Source of the DNA: an uncultured Chloroflexia bacterium
GTDB lineage: Bacteria > Chloroflexota > Limnocylindria > Limnocylindrales > CSP1-4
Length of the DNA stretch: 64,000 bases
Direction: 5' to 3'
NCBI GenBank assembly: GCA_963719285.1
Contig: CAVRBO010000002.1
Coordinates: forward strand, 13,566-77,565
Of this stretch, positions 20,171 to 28,951 are shown piece after piece. The stretch's first letter is position 1, and every line of letters begins with the position of its first letter. Made by a program: the position numbers and the translations under genes. Under the pieces are notes generated by a model. That model made no database searches and was not told where the DNA came from. It worked only from the letters and a program-made list of their open reading frames with translations.

Positions 20171-20284
20171 ACGGCTGGACATCCGAGCGGATGGCGTGCC
20201 GCGAGTCAGCGCCCCGGTCGGTCCTTCGGCCTTCGGTCGACCCGTGCCGCGGGAGCCGCCGTCGCTCCTCCCCGGTCCTCGTCC

Positions 20285-21974
20285 TCAGCCCTCGAGCGGG
20301 GCCTCCGCGGGCAGCCAGACGGTGAACGCGGCGCCCCGGTCCGTCGCCGTCGGTTCGAGGACGAGATCCCCGCCCATCGCCCGGGCCAGCTCGCGCGCGA
20401 CGTACAACCCGAGCCCGCTGCCGTCCTCCGCGTTCTGGCTGCTGCCACGCTCGAACCGGCCGAAGAGCCGACCCCGGTCGGAGACCGCCACGCCCGGGCC
20501 GTGGTCGGCGATCGTGAGCCTGAGGCGATCGTCGGTCAGGCCGATGCGGACGTCGACCGGGCCTCGTGCGCCGTACTTGACCGCATTGTCGAGCAGGGCC
20601 CAGAGCACCTGGTCGAGCTGGTCCGCGTCGCCGACCGCGAGCCAGCCCTGGCTCTGGTCGTCGAGCTCGAACTGGATCTCCTCGACGGCCAGCGCCTCCC
20701 AGGCCTTGCGGACCCGCGAACCGAGCGACACCACCTCCGCGGTGGGCTTGAGGGCACCCGACTCGAGGCGGGTCACGGTGAGGAGCTGGCGGACCATCCG
20801 GGAGAGGCGATCGGCCTGCTCGGTGATGATCGCCAGGCGCCGGTCCGGATCGGCCCGCGACAGCTGCTCGGCGTATGCCCGGATGCTCGTGAGCGGCGTC
20901 TGGAGGTTGTGGCTCACTCCACGCAGGAAGTCGTCCTTGGCCGCGTCAAGCTCGAGCAGCTGGGTGTTCTGCGCCTCGACCGTCGCGAACAGCTCGGCAT
21001 TCCGGAGCGCGACGCCGACCTGGGCGGCGAATACCTCGAGCAGGTCCTGGTCGGCTCGCTCCCACGTCCGCATGACCGGCGCGTGACCCACCAGGACCCC
21101 GATCCTCTCGTCGCCGGCGCGGAGGTCCGCCCGGATCGGCCGAGGCTCGCCCGGGACGCGGCTCTCGAGCTTGACGGTCGCGGGGTCGACCAGCCGGACC
21201 TCGGCGTCGATGAGCCCGAAGACCTCGCGGGCGTCGGCTCCGGCGCGGCCGATGAGCCAGTCGAGCCCCTGGCGAGGCGTGCTGTGGACGATCGAACCAA
21301 GGATCCGGCCGAGCTCGCGATTGCGCCGCTCGAGGTCCGCGGCGAGCCGGTTGTGGCTCTCGGCGAGACGAGCCAGCTCGTCGTCGCCCGGCAGGTCGAT
21401 CGGGGTCGTCAGGTCGCCCGCCTTGGCCCGGTCCACGGCGGCCGCGATGGCCCGCAGCGGCGCGGTCAGGTCGGCCACGAGGATGTAGGCGGCGAGGCTC
21501 GAGATGAGCGCGGTGACGATGATCGCGAGCAGGAGCAGCCGAGGCGTCGCCGACGCGGAATCCGGGAGTCGCTGGGCGAGCACGAGCAGGAGGCCGAACA
21601 GCGACAGCGGCAGGACCGCCGCCGCGATGAGCGCGAAGGTGAGCCGGGTCGCGAACGCGAACCGGGGCCCCGCCCGCTCGGGCTCGGGACGCCGGAAGAG
21701 CTCGTCGATCTCCTCGGTCCACTCGGTCGGTTCGGGAGGGTCGACGAGGTCGGGGATCGCGGTCGCCGCGTCGGCGAGATCGGCCGACTCCAGGGCGGTC
21801 CCCGGCGTCGGCTCGACGGCCGGTCGGCGGCTGCCCGGCTCGCGTCACGGCCGGGTCGGCGGCCGCCCGGCTCGCGTCCACGGCCGGGTCGGCCGGGCTG
21901 AGCACCCGCTCGGGTGGCGGCGTCGGCGTGGCCGGTTCCGGGGACCGGGTCCTCCCGGGACCGCGCTTCGCCAT
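20285..21974 (-). CDS. Membrane sensor histidine kinase (2 TM, HAMP, GAF-like, HisKA, HATPase); frameshifted near 21818-21881 as sequenced
   Basis: H-box SHNLQTP, N-box LLDNAVKY, DHGPG, GSGLGL. ATG 21974 is coupled to the response-regulator stop (TGATG) but is 2 nt short of being in frame with ORF 20285..21583. Confidence 0.82.
21818..21893. repeat. Short tandem repeat (~2.4 units of 33 bp) in the kinase N-terminus
   Basis: 21849..21881 GGCCGGGTCGGCGGCCGCCCGGCTCGCGTCCAC; 21818..21848 is a 31-bp copy lacking one G and one C; partial third copy at 21882..21893. Confidence 0.8.
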
Positions 21975-22738
21975 CAGGCGTCCGCGGGGGCCAGCGGCGC
22001 GCCGGCCTCGACCGGGTCGCTCCCGTCGCCGACGAGCCGGTAGCCGACACCGCGGACCGTGATGAGGTGGCGTGGATGGTTCGCGTCCTTCTCGAGCTTC
22101 TGGCGAAGGCGACGCATCGTCACCCACAGGTACGAGGGATCCGCGTCCTCCGTGTCGGCCCAGCCACGGGCGAGGAGCGTCTCCGTCGACAGCGTCCGGC
22201 CGAGGTTCGCGGCCAGGGCGTAGAGCAGGCGCGACTCGGTCGGGGTGAGGGCGACCGACGCGCCGTCGACGACCGCCTCGCGGCGGTGCAGCTCGAGCGA
22301 CAGGTCCGGGCCCAGGACGAGCCGCTGCCGGGGGACCCGGTCGCCGAGCCGGCGGAGGACCCGGGTGATCCGGGCCCGCAGCTCCGGGTAGTGGTAGGGC
22401 TTGGTGACGTAGTCCTCGGCCACCTCGTCGAGCAGGTCGGCCTTGCTGTCACCGGCGTCGATGGCCGACAGGACGATGATCGGCAGGTCGGCCCGGCCCT
22501 TGATGACCCGGGCCAGGCTCAGCCCGTCCATCCGCGGCATCATCATGTCGACGATGATCAGGTCGGGCCAGCCCTCGTCGAGTCGCCGCAGCGCCTCCAT
22601 CCCGTCGCGCGCGGTGGTCACGAGGTAGCCGTCGTCGCGCAGTTGCTCGGCGAGGACGACGAGGAGGTTGAGGTCGTCGTCGACGATCAGGATCCGTGGC
22701 GGACCCGCGTCCCGGCCTGTCGGTCCGGCGCTCAGCAT
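21974..22738 (-). CDS. OmpR/KdpE-family response regulator
   Basis: ILIVDDD, DLIIVDMMMP, DYVTKP; C-terminal winged helix LRQKLE...TVRGVGYRL; TATACT 6 nt before ATG. Confidence 0.92.
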   Translation of the reverse strand: MLSAGPTGRDAGPPRILIVDDDLNLLVVLAEQLRDDGYLVTTARDGMEALRRLDEGWPDLIIVDMMMPRMDGLSLARVIKGRADLPIIVLSAIDAGDSKADLLDEVAEDYVTKPYHYPELRARITRVLRRLGDRVPRQRLVLGPDLSLELHRREAVVDGASVALTPTESRLLYALAANLGRTLSTETLLARGWADTEDADPSYLWVTMRRLRQKLEKDANHPRHLITVRGVGYRLVGDGSDPVEAGAPLAPADA

Positions 22739-22769
22739 GGCCCGAGTATAGGCAGCGCCGAGGGCCCGC

Positions 22770-23615
22770 TCAGGGAGCGTGCCGGTCGACGTATCGGCAG
22801 CGCGTCGCGACGGGGCAGTGGGCGCAATCCGGCCGGCGAGCGTGGCAGATCGCCCGGCCGTGCTGGATGAGATTGACGTGCGCCTCGAGCGCCCGGTCGG
22901 GCGGGACGAGGGCGAGGAACAGGTCATGCGCGTCGTCGGCCGATGCCTTCGGCGGGATCAGACCGATCCGCCGGCTCACCCGCTCCACGTGGCGGTCGAC
23001 CGGTACGAGGGGCATCCCGAAGCTGAACATGAGCAGGACCGAGGCAGTCTTCCTGCCGATCCCGTCGATCCGGGTGAGCCAGGCGCGCGCCTCGAGCGGC
23101 GGCATGTCGGCCAGGAACTCGAGCGAGTGGTCGCCGCGCTCCTCACGGATGAGGCGCAGCGCGTTCTGGATCCGGGGCGACTTCGAGACCGCGAGGCCGC
23201 CCGGCCTGATCGCCTCGATGAGATCGGGGAGTGGCGCGACCTCGACCGCGGCCCAGTCGGGCGCCGCTCCGGGCGAGAGCCCCTCGCCGCCCCAGCCCGG
23301 ACCGGGGGCGTGGACCTGGACGGCGCCGCCCGACGGGAACGCCGCCCGGAGGCTCTCGAATGCCCGTTCGGCATTGATGTCGGCGCTGTTCTGGGTGAGG
23401 ATCGTGAGGATGAGCTCGCTTGTGGGATCGAGCCGGCGCACCCAGACCGGCCGCCCGTAGCGCTCGGCCAGCCGCCCGAGCACGAACGTCACGAGTCCGG
23501 GCCGTCGCCGCTCGAGCCCCTTCGCCCAGGTCGCGCCCGGGTCGGAGAAGCGGCGTCGACGCGGTCGCGCCTTTCCCTTCGGTCGGCGCGTCGCCGGGAC
23601 GGCGGTCGGGCTCAA
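22770..23615 (-). CDS. nth: Endonuclease III (HhH-GPD, [4Fe-4S])
   Basis: LILTILTQNS, IDGIGRKTASVLL HhH, VDRHVER, C-terminal CHARRPDCAHCPVATRC; probable TTG start overlapping the upstream stop. Confidence 0.85.
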   Translation of the reverse strand: MSPTAVPATRRPKGKARPRRRRFSDPGATWAKGLERRRPGLVTFVLGRLAERYGRPVWVRRLDPTSELILTILTQNSADINAERAFESLRAAFPSGGAVQVHAPGPGWGGEGLSPGAAPDWAAVEVAPLPDLIEAIRPGGLAVSKSPRIQNALRLIREERGDHSLEFLADMPPLEARAWLTRIDGIGRKTASVLLMFSFGMPLVPVDRHVERVSRRIGLIPPKASADDAHDLFLALVPPDRALEAHVNLIQHGRAICHARRPDCAHCPVATRCRYVDRHAP

Positions 23616-24721
23616 TCCAGGCGCCGTGCGAGCCGTTCGCCCAGGGCGACCAGCGGGGCGGCCCCGAGGGCCATCGCCTCGGCGATCGGGATGGGCCGCT
23701 CGTGCACGGGGACGACCTCCGCGCCGAGCGGGGCGAGCGCGGCGATCCCCTCGGGCTCGACCCCGCCGCCGACCGCGAAGCAGCGGGCACCGCCAGCCTT
23801 GGCGCGGCGGGCCACGCCGAGCGCCGTCTTGCCGAACGCGGTCTGGGCGTCGATCCGGCCCTCGCCCGTGATGACGAGGTCCGCCTGCGCCAGCTTCGCG
23901 TCGAAACCGGTCGCGGCCATGACGAGCTCGACCCCCGGCTCGAGTGCAAGCGACCGGAATCGGCCCCGGAGACACAGGAGCCCGAAACCGATGCCACCGG
24001 CCGCCCCCGCGCCCGGCGTGTCCCGCTCGCGGCAGCCGGCCGCCGGCTCCAGCGCATCGGCGAACCGGGCCAACCGTGCATCGAGGGCCACGACGTCTGC
24101 CGCTGACGCTCCCTTCTGGGGGCCGTAGGTCGCGGCCGCGCCATGGGGGCCGAGAAGCGGATTCGTGACGTCGCAGGCGATCCGCAGCGCGACCTCGGCG
24201 AGCCGCGGGTCGAGCCCGCCCAGGTCGACCCGATCGAGCGCCTCGGATGTGGTCGCCCCGAGAGCCCGGAGCGCGCCCGCGCCTCCGTCGGTGGTCGCGC
24301 TGCCGCCGATCCCGACGACGATGTCGCGCGCACCGGCGGCGATCGCCGCCATGAGGAGCTCGCCGGTCCCCCGGGTGGATGCGGCCGCGGGGTCGCGCTC
24401 GCTCGCGGTCAGGAGCGACAGCCCGGAAGCGGCCGCGAGCTCAACGACCGCCCGGCGGCCGTCGGACGATGCGAGCCAGCGGGCGTCGATCGGCCGACCG
24501 AGCGGATCGTGCACGCGCGCGGTGCGTCGCTCCCAGCCGCCGGCCGCCTCGATCGCCGCGAGTGTCCCCTCCCCGCCGTCGGCGAGTGGGGCGAGCAGGA
24601 GCCGATCGTCCGGGCGGGCGCGGGCCCAGCCGTCGGCCAGGGCGCGGGCGACTTCGACCGAGGTGAGCGAGCCCTTGAACGAGTCCGGAGCGAACAGGAC
24701 CGTGAACGGCCGCCCGCTCAC
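23612..24721 (-). CDS. glxK: Glycerate kinase (GlxK/GarK class I)
   Basis: APDSFKGSLTS, PLADGGEGT, GIGGSATTDGGAG, GAAGGIG, ITGEGRIDAQTAFGK. Confidence 0.9.
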   Translation of the reverse strand: MSGRPFTVLFAPDSFKGSLTSVEVARALADGWARARPDDRLLLAPLADGGEGTLAAIEAAGGWERRTARVHDPLGRPIDARWLASSDGRRAVVELAAASGLSLLTASERDPAAASTRGTGELLMAAIAAGARDIVVGIGGSATTDGGAGALRALGATTSEALDRVDLGGLDPRLAEVALRIACDVTNPLLGPHGAAATYGPQKGASAADVVALDARLARFADALEPAAGCRERDTPGAGAAGGIGFGLLCLRGRFRSLALEPGVELVMAATGFDAKLAQADLVITGEGRIDAQTAFGKTALGVARRAKAGGARCFAVGGGVEPEGIAALAPLGAEVVPVHERPIPIAEAMALGAAPLVALGERLARRLD

Positions 24722-26715
24722 CGCAGGGCCGGCTCGACGATCGGCACGGACGTGACGGCCCCGGCCATCCGGCGGCGCTCGAGGTACTCGGGGATGCGCA
24801 CCATCGGCGGGCGCTCCTGGTCGGCCAGCTCGATGATCTCCAGGCCGAGGCGGCCCTTCCCGGACCGGGGCAGCTTCATGGTCGAGCCGAGCTCGGCGAA
24901 CAGGCGCGCCTTGCGCCGTTCCTCGAGCCGCTTCATGACCGCGTGGATGATCACGAAGCTCATCCGCGAGAGCCCCTCGAGCTCCTGGTTGCGATGCAGC
25001 CGCCGCTCCAGGTCGACCTGGCCAAGGCCCTCGAGCCCGACACGTTCGGCGACATCGATGAGGTGGCCGATCTCGACGGCGTAGCCGGTGAAGAACGGGA
25101 TCGACTCGAGCAGCGTGCGGCGCGCCGCGTACTCTCCCGACAGGGGCTGGATGAGTCCGGAGAGTTCCGGGAAGAACAGGTTGATGAGCGGACGGGCGAC
25201 GAGTTCCGTGACGCGTCCGCCGCCGCCCTCCTTGAGCCGGCCCTCTTCGACGATCGGACGCTGGTAGTAGCCTTTCACGTACTGCAGGCGGGGCTCCACG
25301 AGGAGCGGGCCGAGCGTCCCGTAGACCATCCGCGGATGCCAGTTGCGGACGTCCGTGTCGGCCCACACGATGATGTCGCCCGAGGTCTCGTAGACGGACT
25401 TCCAGAGCGCCTCGCCCTTGCCCGTGAACGACCCGTAGCGGGCAAGGACGTCCGGATGCTGGACCACCCGGGCACCCTCCGCTTCGGCGATCGCGCGGGT
25501 CCGGTCCGCCGATGCCGAGTCGATCACCAGGATCTCGTCGAGCAGCGGGAAACGGCCCATGAGCTCGCGCATCGCGCGGTGGACGATCGGGCCGATCGTC
25601 TCTTCCTCGTCCAGCGTCGGCAGGACGAGGCTGATCGTCAGGCCCTGCTTCTCCTTGAGCTGGACCAGCCGGCGCAGGTCGGAGAACTCGGAGTGGTGGA
25701 AGTTCGCCTCGGCGAACCAGCGCTCGACACGGGCCGGGACGGCGCGGGCATCTTCGGCCGCACGGTCGGCGGCGGCCAGGGACTCCGCTCGAGTGGCGAG
25801 CTGCTCGAACGTGCGGTGCGAGATGGCCTCCCGGGTCTTGACCACGATGACGGTCGGCTTGGCGCGCGCGGCGATCGCCTCGGGGAGTGCCCCGAACAGG
25901 TGCGCGGCGCCATCGCCGTCGGCCCCCGGACCGGCGGACGCACCCATGACCACGAGGTCCACGAGCGTGGCCTCACGCAGGATCGCGTTGCGGACGTTGG
26001 CCGCCTCGCGGACGCGCGCCTCGACCTTGCCGCTCACGTGCTGCTTGACGAACGCGGTCAGGGCCCGCTCGGCCTGGGCGCGCACGGCCGCGGTGATGCC
26101 CGGCGGAACGAGGTGGAGGGCGAAGATCTCGCCGTCATGGCGACGCGCGAGCGCGTCGGCGAAGCGCAGGGCGAGCTCGGCGTGCGGGCCGCCGCGGACA
26201 GGGACGAGGATCCGCTTGAGCTCCGAAGAGCCGCGCTGCTTGATGACCGCGATGTCCGTCGGCGACTCGCGGACCACCTCGTCGATCGTGGGCGAGATGA
26301 CCGGCACGTGACCGTCGCCCCGGTGACCGTTGGCGCGGCCATCGGACTTGGCCGCGCCGTCGCGGGCGCTCGCCGTCTTGCCGCCCCAGCCGAAGATGAG
26401 GAGGTCGGCCTCCTGCTCGGCGGCGGCCTCGATGATGCCCTCGGCGGCGTGCCGGCCGATGCGTACGATCGGGTGGATCGTCGTGCCCTCCGGCACGAAG
26501 TCGAGGACGCGCTGGAGGAGCCGACGGGCGTGGCGGGCCCGCGTCGCGCCCTCGGACAGGGGCATGCCCTCGGGCACTTCCACGATCCCGAGTGCGGTCA
26601 GCTCGCCGGTCCGCTCATCCATGAGGGCACTGCCGAGCCGGATGAGTTCGGCAGCGGTGCTCGGGTTGGCGACCGGGATGAGGATGCGCGCGGGGAGCGG
26701 GGGGCGGCTCGTCAT
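24718..26715 (-). CDS. gpgS: Fusion of two universal-stress-protein (USP) domains to glucosyl-3-phosphoglycerate synthase
   Basis: USP motifs RILIPVANP and RILVPVRGGPHA...DLVVMGAS; GpgS motifs SLVLPTLDEEETIG, GKGEALW, GGGRVTELVARP, QPLSGEYA, YAVEIGHLID. Confidence 0.85.
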   Translation of the reverse strand: MTSRPPLPARILIPVANPSTAAELIRLGSALMDERTGELTALGIVEVPEGMPLSEGATRARHARRLLQRVLDFVPEGTTIHPIVRIGRHAAEGIIEAAAEQEADLLIFGWGGKTASARDGAAKSDGRANGHRGDGHVPVISPTIDEVVRESPTDIAVIKQRGSSELKRILVPVRGGPHAELALRFADALARRHDGEIFALHLVPPGITAAVRAQAERALTAFVKQHVSGKVEARVREAANVRNAILREATLVDLVVMGASAGPGADGDGAAHLFGALPEAIAARAKPTVIVVKTREAISHRTFEQLATRAESLAAADRAAEDARAVPARVERWFAEANFHHSEFSDLRRLVQLKEKQGLTISLVLPTLDEEETIGPIVHRAMRELMGRFPLLDEILVIDSASADRTRAIAEAEGARVVQHPDVLARYGSFTGKGEALWKSVYETSGDIIVWADTDVRNWHPRMVYGTLGPLLVEPRLQYVKGYYQRPIVEEGRLKEGGGGRVTELVARPLINLFFPELSGLIQPLSGEYAARRTLLESIPFFTGYAVEIGHLIDVAERVGLEGLGQVDLERRLHRNQELEGLSRMSFVIIHAVMKRLEERRKARLFAELGSTMKLPRSGKGRLGLEIIELADQERPPMVRIPEYLERRRMAGAVTSVPIVEPALR

Positions 26716-28097
26716 CCGGCCGCGTTCCAGCGGTCCACGAGGTACGGCTTGAGGAGCTCGAACTCGCGGGCCTGGCGCTCGACCTGGACCTCCGCTTCAT
26801 CGGTGGTCCGGTCGCGGGTCTCGATGATCAGGCTGCCGACGCGGCCGAAGTAGATCGGCACGAGCGCCTCGACGTACCGGTCGATCGGGGCGCCCGGCGC
26901 GCGGGCGGTGACGACGAGGTCGTAGATGAGGCGTGCCCAGGCATCGTCCGGGAAGTGGAACGCGGCGAGAGACTCGGCCGCTTCGCGCGTCGTGAGGGCG
27001 GGCGGCACCTTCCCCGCGGGTAGCCCGACACTGTCCTGGGCGATCCTGGCCCGCGCCGCGTCCACCGTCGCTCCGGCCTGGTGGGCGAGGATCTGCACCG
27101 CCGCGAGGCTGGCCGGCGAAAGCATCTCGGCCCAGGTGGATCCGAGCGTTCGAGACCCGGTCTCGAATTCGGTCAGGAGGCGGAACGCGTCCACGTCGAG
27201 GGGCGGCGGTTCGAGGATCCGCTCGAAGCCGTAGGCCGGCACGTCGTGACTGCCGCGGATGGGCAGCCACTCGGCGGAATGGGTCGCCGCCATCCGGAGG
27301 ATCGTCCCGAGGACCTGCCGGAACATCGGCCCCAGGTCCGCGCCCGGGTCCTTGGGGTCGTGCACCTTCGCCCCGAGACGCGCCTGGCAGACCGCGAATC
27401 CCCCGGTCAGGGCGTGGGTCGTCATCCAGATGTCGATGCCGAACTTGCTGATGTCGGGCGTCCAGTCGTCCTGGGCGAGATAGTGCCGGATGAGGTCGCC
27501 CGACACGCCGAAGTCGCCCCCGATCGGCTGACGGATGCGCTTGCCGTAGAGCGCCCGGGTGAGCGGGTAGGTGACGGTGTTGGTGATCGTCCCGTCGTAC
27601 TTGTAGCGGGTGTACAGCGGCGCGGTGTAGTCGTAGCCGCCCTTGAGGATCGGCCCGGCGAGCAGTTCGACCCACTCGGGCAGGATCGAGCGCAGATCGC
27701 TGTCGACGACGACGAGGGCCTCGACGTCGAGGGCGGCGGCGATCTCGAAGACGGTCCGCAGGGCCGCCCCCTTGCCGCCCACGCCGTCGATCTCGGGGTA
27801 GGTCAGGCTGACCCGGGTGAGCCGGTTCTTCGGCCGGACGAGGAGGATCTGCTCGATGTATTCGGGTGGCTCCGTCTCGACGACGACGCGACTCGTCCCG
27901 TCCGGCGAGCCCGCGTCGGAATTGACGAGCACGGGTCGCAGGTCGGGGAAGTACTGGACGAGCCCGGCTTGAGCGGCGCGCACGACGTAACCGATCGTGG
28001 CGGCGTTCTTGAAGCTGGGGATGCCGACCATGATGTCGGCCCGGCCCAGGGCCGCGATCTCGTCGCGGACGGCCGGCTGCAGGACGGACGAGGGCAT
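26712..28097 (-). CDS. Glucosylglycerate synthase / mannosylglycerate synthase-like glycosyltransferase (GT78-like)
   Basis: VGIPSFKNAATIG, VNSDAGSPDGT, GKGAAL, VDSDLRS, RYKYDGTITN, IRQPIGGDFG, FGIDIWMT; TAGGGT 7 nt before ATG. Confidence 0.75.
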   Translation of the reverse strand: MPSSVLQPAVRDEIAALGRADIMVGIPSFKNAATIGYVVRAAQAGLVQYFPDLRPVLVNSDAGSPDGTSRVVVETEPPEYIEQILLVRPKNRLTRVSLTYPEIDGVGGKGAALRTVFEIAAALDVEALVVVDSDLRSILPEWVELLAGPILKGGYDYTAPLYTRYKYDGTITNTVTYPLTRALYGKRIRQPIGGDFGVSGDLIRHYLAQDDWTPDISKFGIDIWMTTHALTGGFAVCQARLGAKVHDPKDPGADLGPMFRQVLGTILRMAATHSAEWLPIRGSHDVPAYGFERILEPPPLDVDAFRLLTEFETGSRTLGSTWAEMLSPASLAAVQILAHQAGATVDAARARIAQDSVGLPAGKVPPALTTREAAESLAAFHFPDDAWARLIYDLVVTARAPGAPIDRYVEALVPIYFGRVGSLIIETRDRTTDEAEVQVERQAREFELLKPYLVDRWNAAG

Positions 28098-28187
28098 CGC
28101 CTTCACCCTACCACCACACGGTCGCTTCCGCCCGGGTGCTCCGAGCCAGGCCGACCCGGTGACGGCTGTGCCGCCGGCGGACGCGGG

Positions 28188-28874
28188 TCAGCCGTTCGGG
28201 ATCGTCGCCACCGCCCAACCCGGGTTCGGCAGGCCCGGTGTGTACCGGCTGTTGGCGCTCTTGTAGGCGAGCTCGCCGAACCCGAAGGCGCGCCAGCTGA
28301 CGATCCAGGTTCCGAGCGGCGGCCGGACGTAGACGCCCCGGCGCAGGCGCTCGCCCTCCACGAACGCGGTCTCGAGGATGCGCTTGCGCTCGAGGAGCGG
28401 GATGTCGAGAAGGGATTGGTCGTCGATGGACAGGAGGTCGACCGCCACGAACGTGAGGGGCAGGTCCGGATCGATCGGGGTCGCCTCGTTCGAGCCCATG
28501 AGCCGGTTCGAGCGCATGCCGCCCAGGAACATCTGGTTGAGCATCTGGCCATGGCTCGGGACGGCCGGCCCCATCGTCCGGGCAAGCGCCGGGTCGACGT
28601 TCGGCTGGCGGGTGAGGTACCCGTCGATGACGAGCGTGTCGGCGCGGACCGACTCCTGGAGGCTGGTGACGATCGGTTCGAGCCGCGCGTCGTCGATCGG
28701 TTCGCCGTGCTCGTCGAGGAATGCCGGCACGGCATCGGGTCCGGCGACGACGACGATCGTCCGGTCGCCGCCCCACAGTGGCTCCACGATCGGATCCTCG
28801 ATGCTTCCGGCGCGCTGGGTCCCGAACCCCTGTGGCCGCCAGGTCGGGCTCGCGCTCGTCGCGTGCTCCTCCAT
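28188..28874 (-). CDS. Stand-alone ATP-dependent DNA-ligase-like adenylation domain lacking the catalytic lysine
   Basis: Motif I reads VEPLWGGDR (expected EPKxDGxR), III IDGY, IIIa FVAVDLL, then PLLERKRILE and YKSANSRYTPG; no OB domain. Confidence 0.7.
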   Translation of the reverse strand: MEEHATSASPTWRPQGFGTQRAGSIEDPIVEPLWGGDRTIVVVAGPDAVPAFLDEHGEPIDDARLEPIVTSLQESVRADTLVIDGYLTRQPNVDPALARTMGPAVPSHGQMLNQMFLGGMRSNRLMGSNEATPIDPDLPLTFVAVDLLSIDDQSLLDIPLLERKRILETAFVEGERLRRGVYVRPPLGTWIVSWRAFGFGELAYKSANSRYTPGLPNPGWAVATIPNG

Positions 28875-28951
28875 CCCGGCATCGTATCAGGGCCTGTTCC
28901 GTGCTCCGCCAGGGCGCTCGCGCGCTCGACGCCGCGCCCTATCATCGCGGC

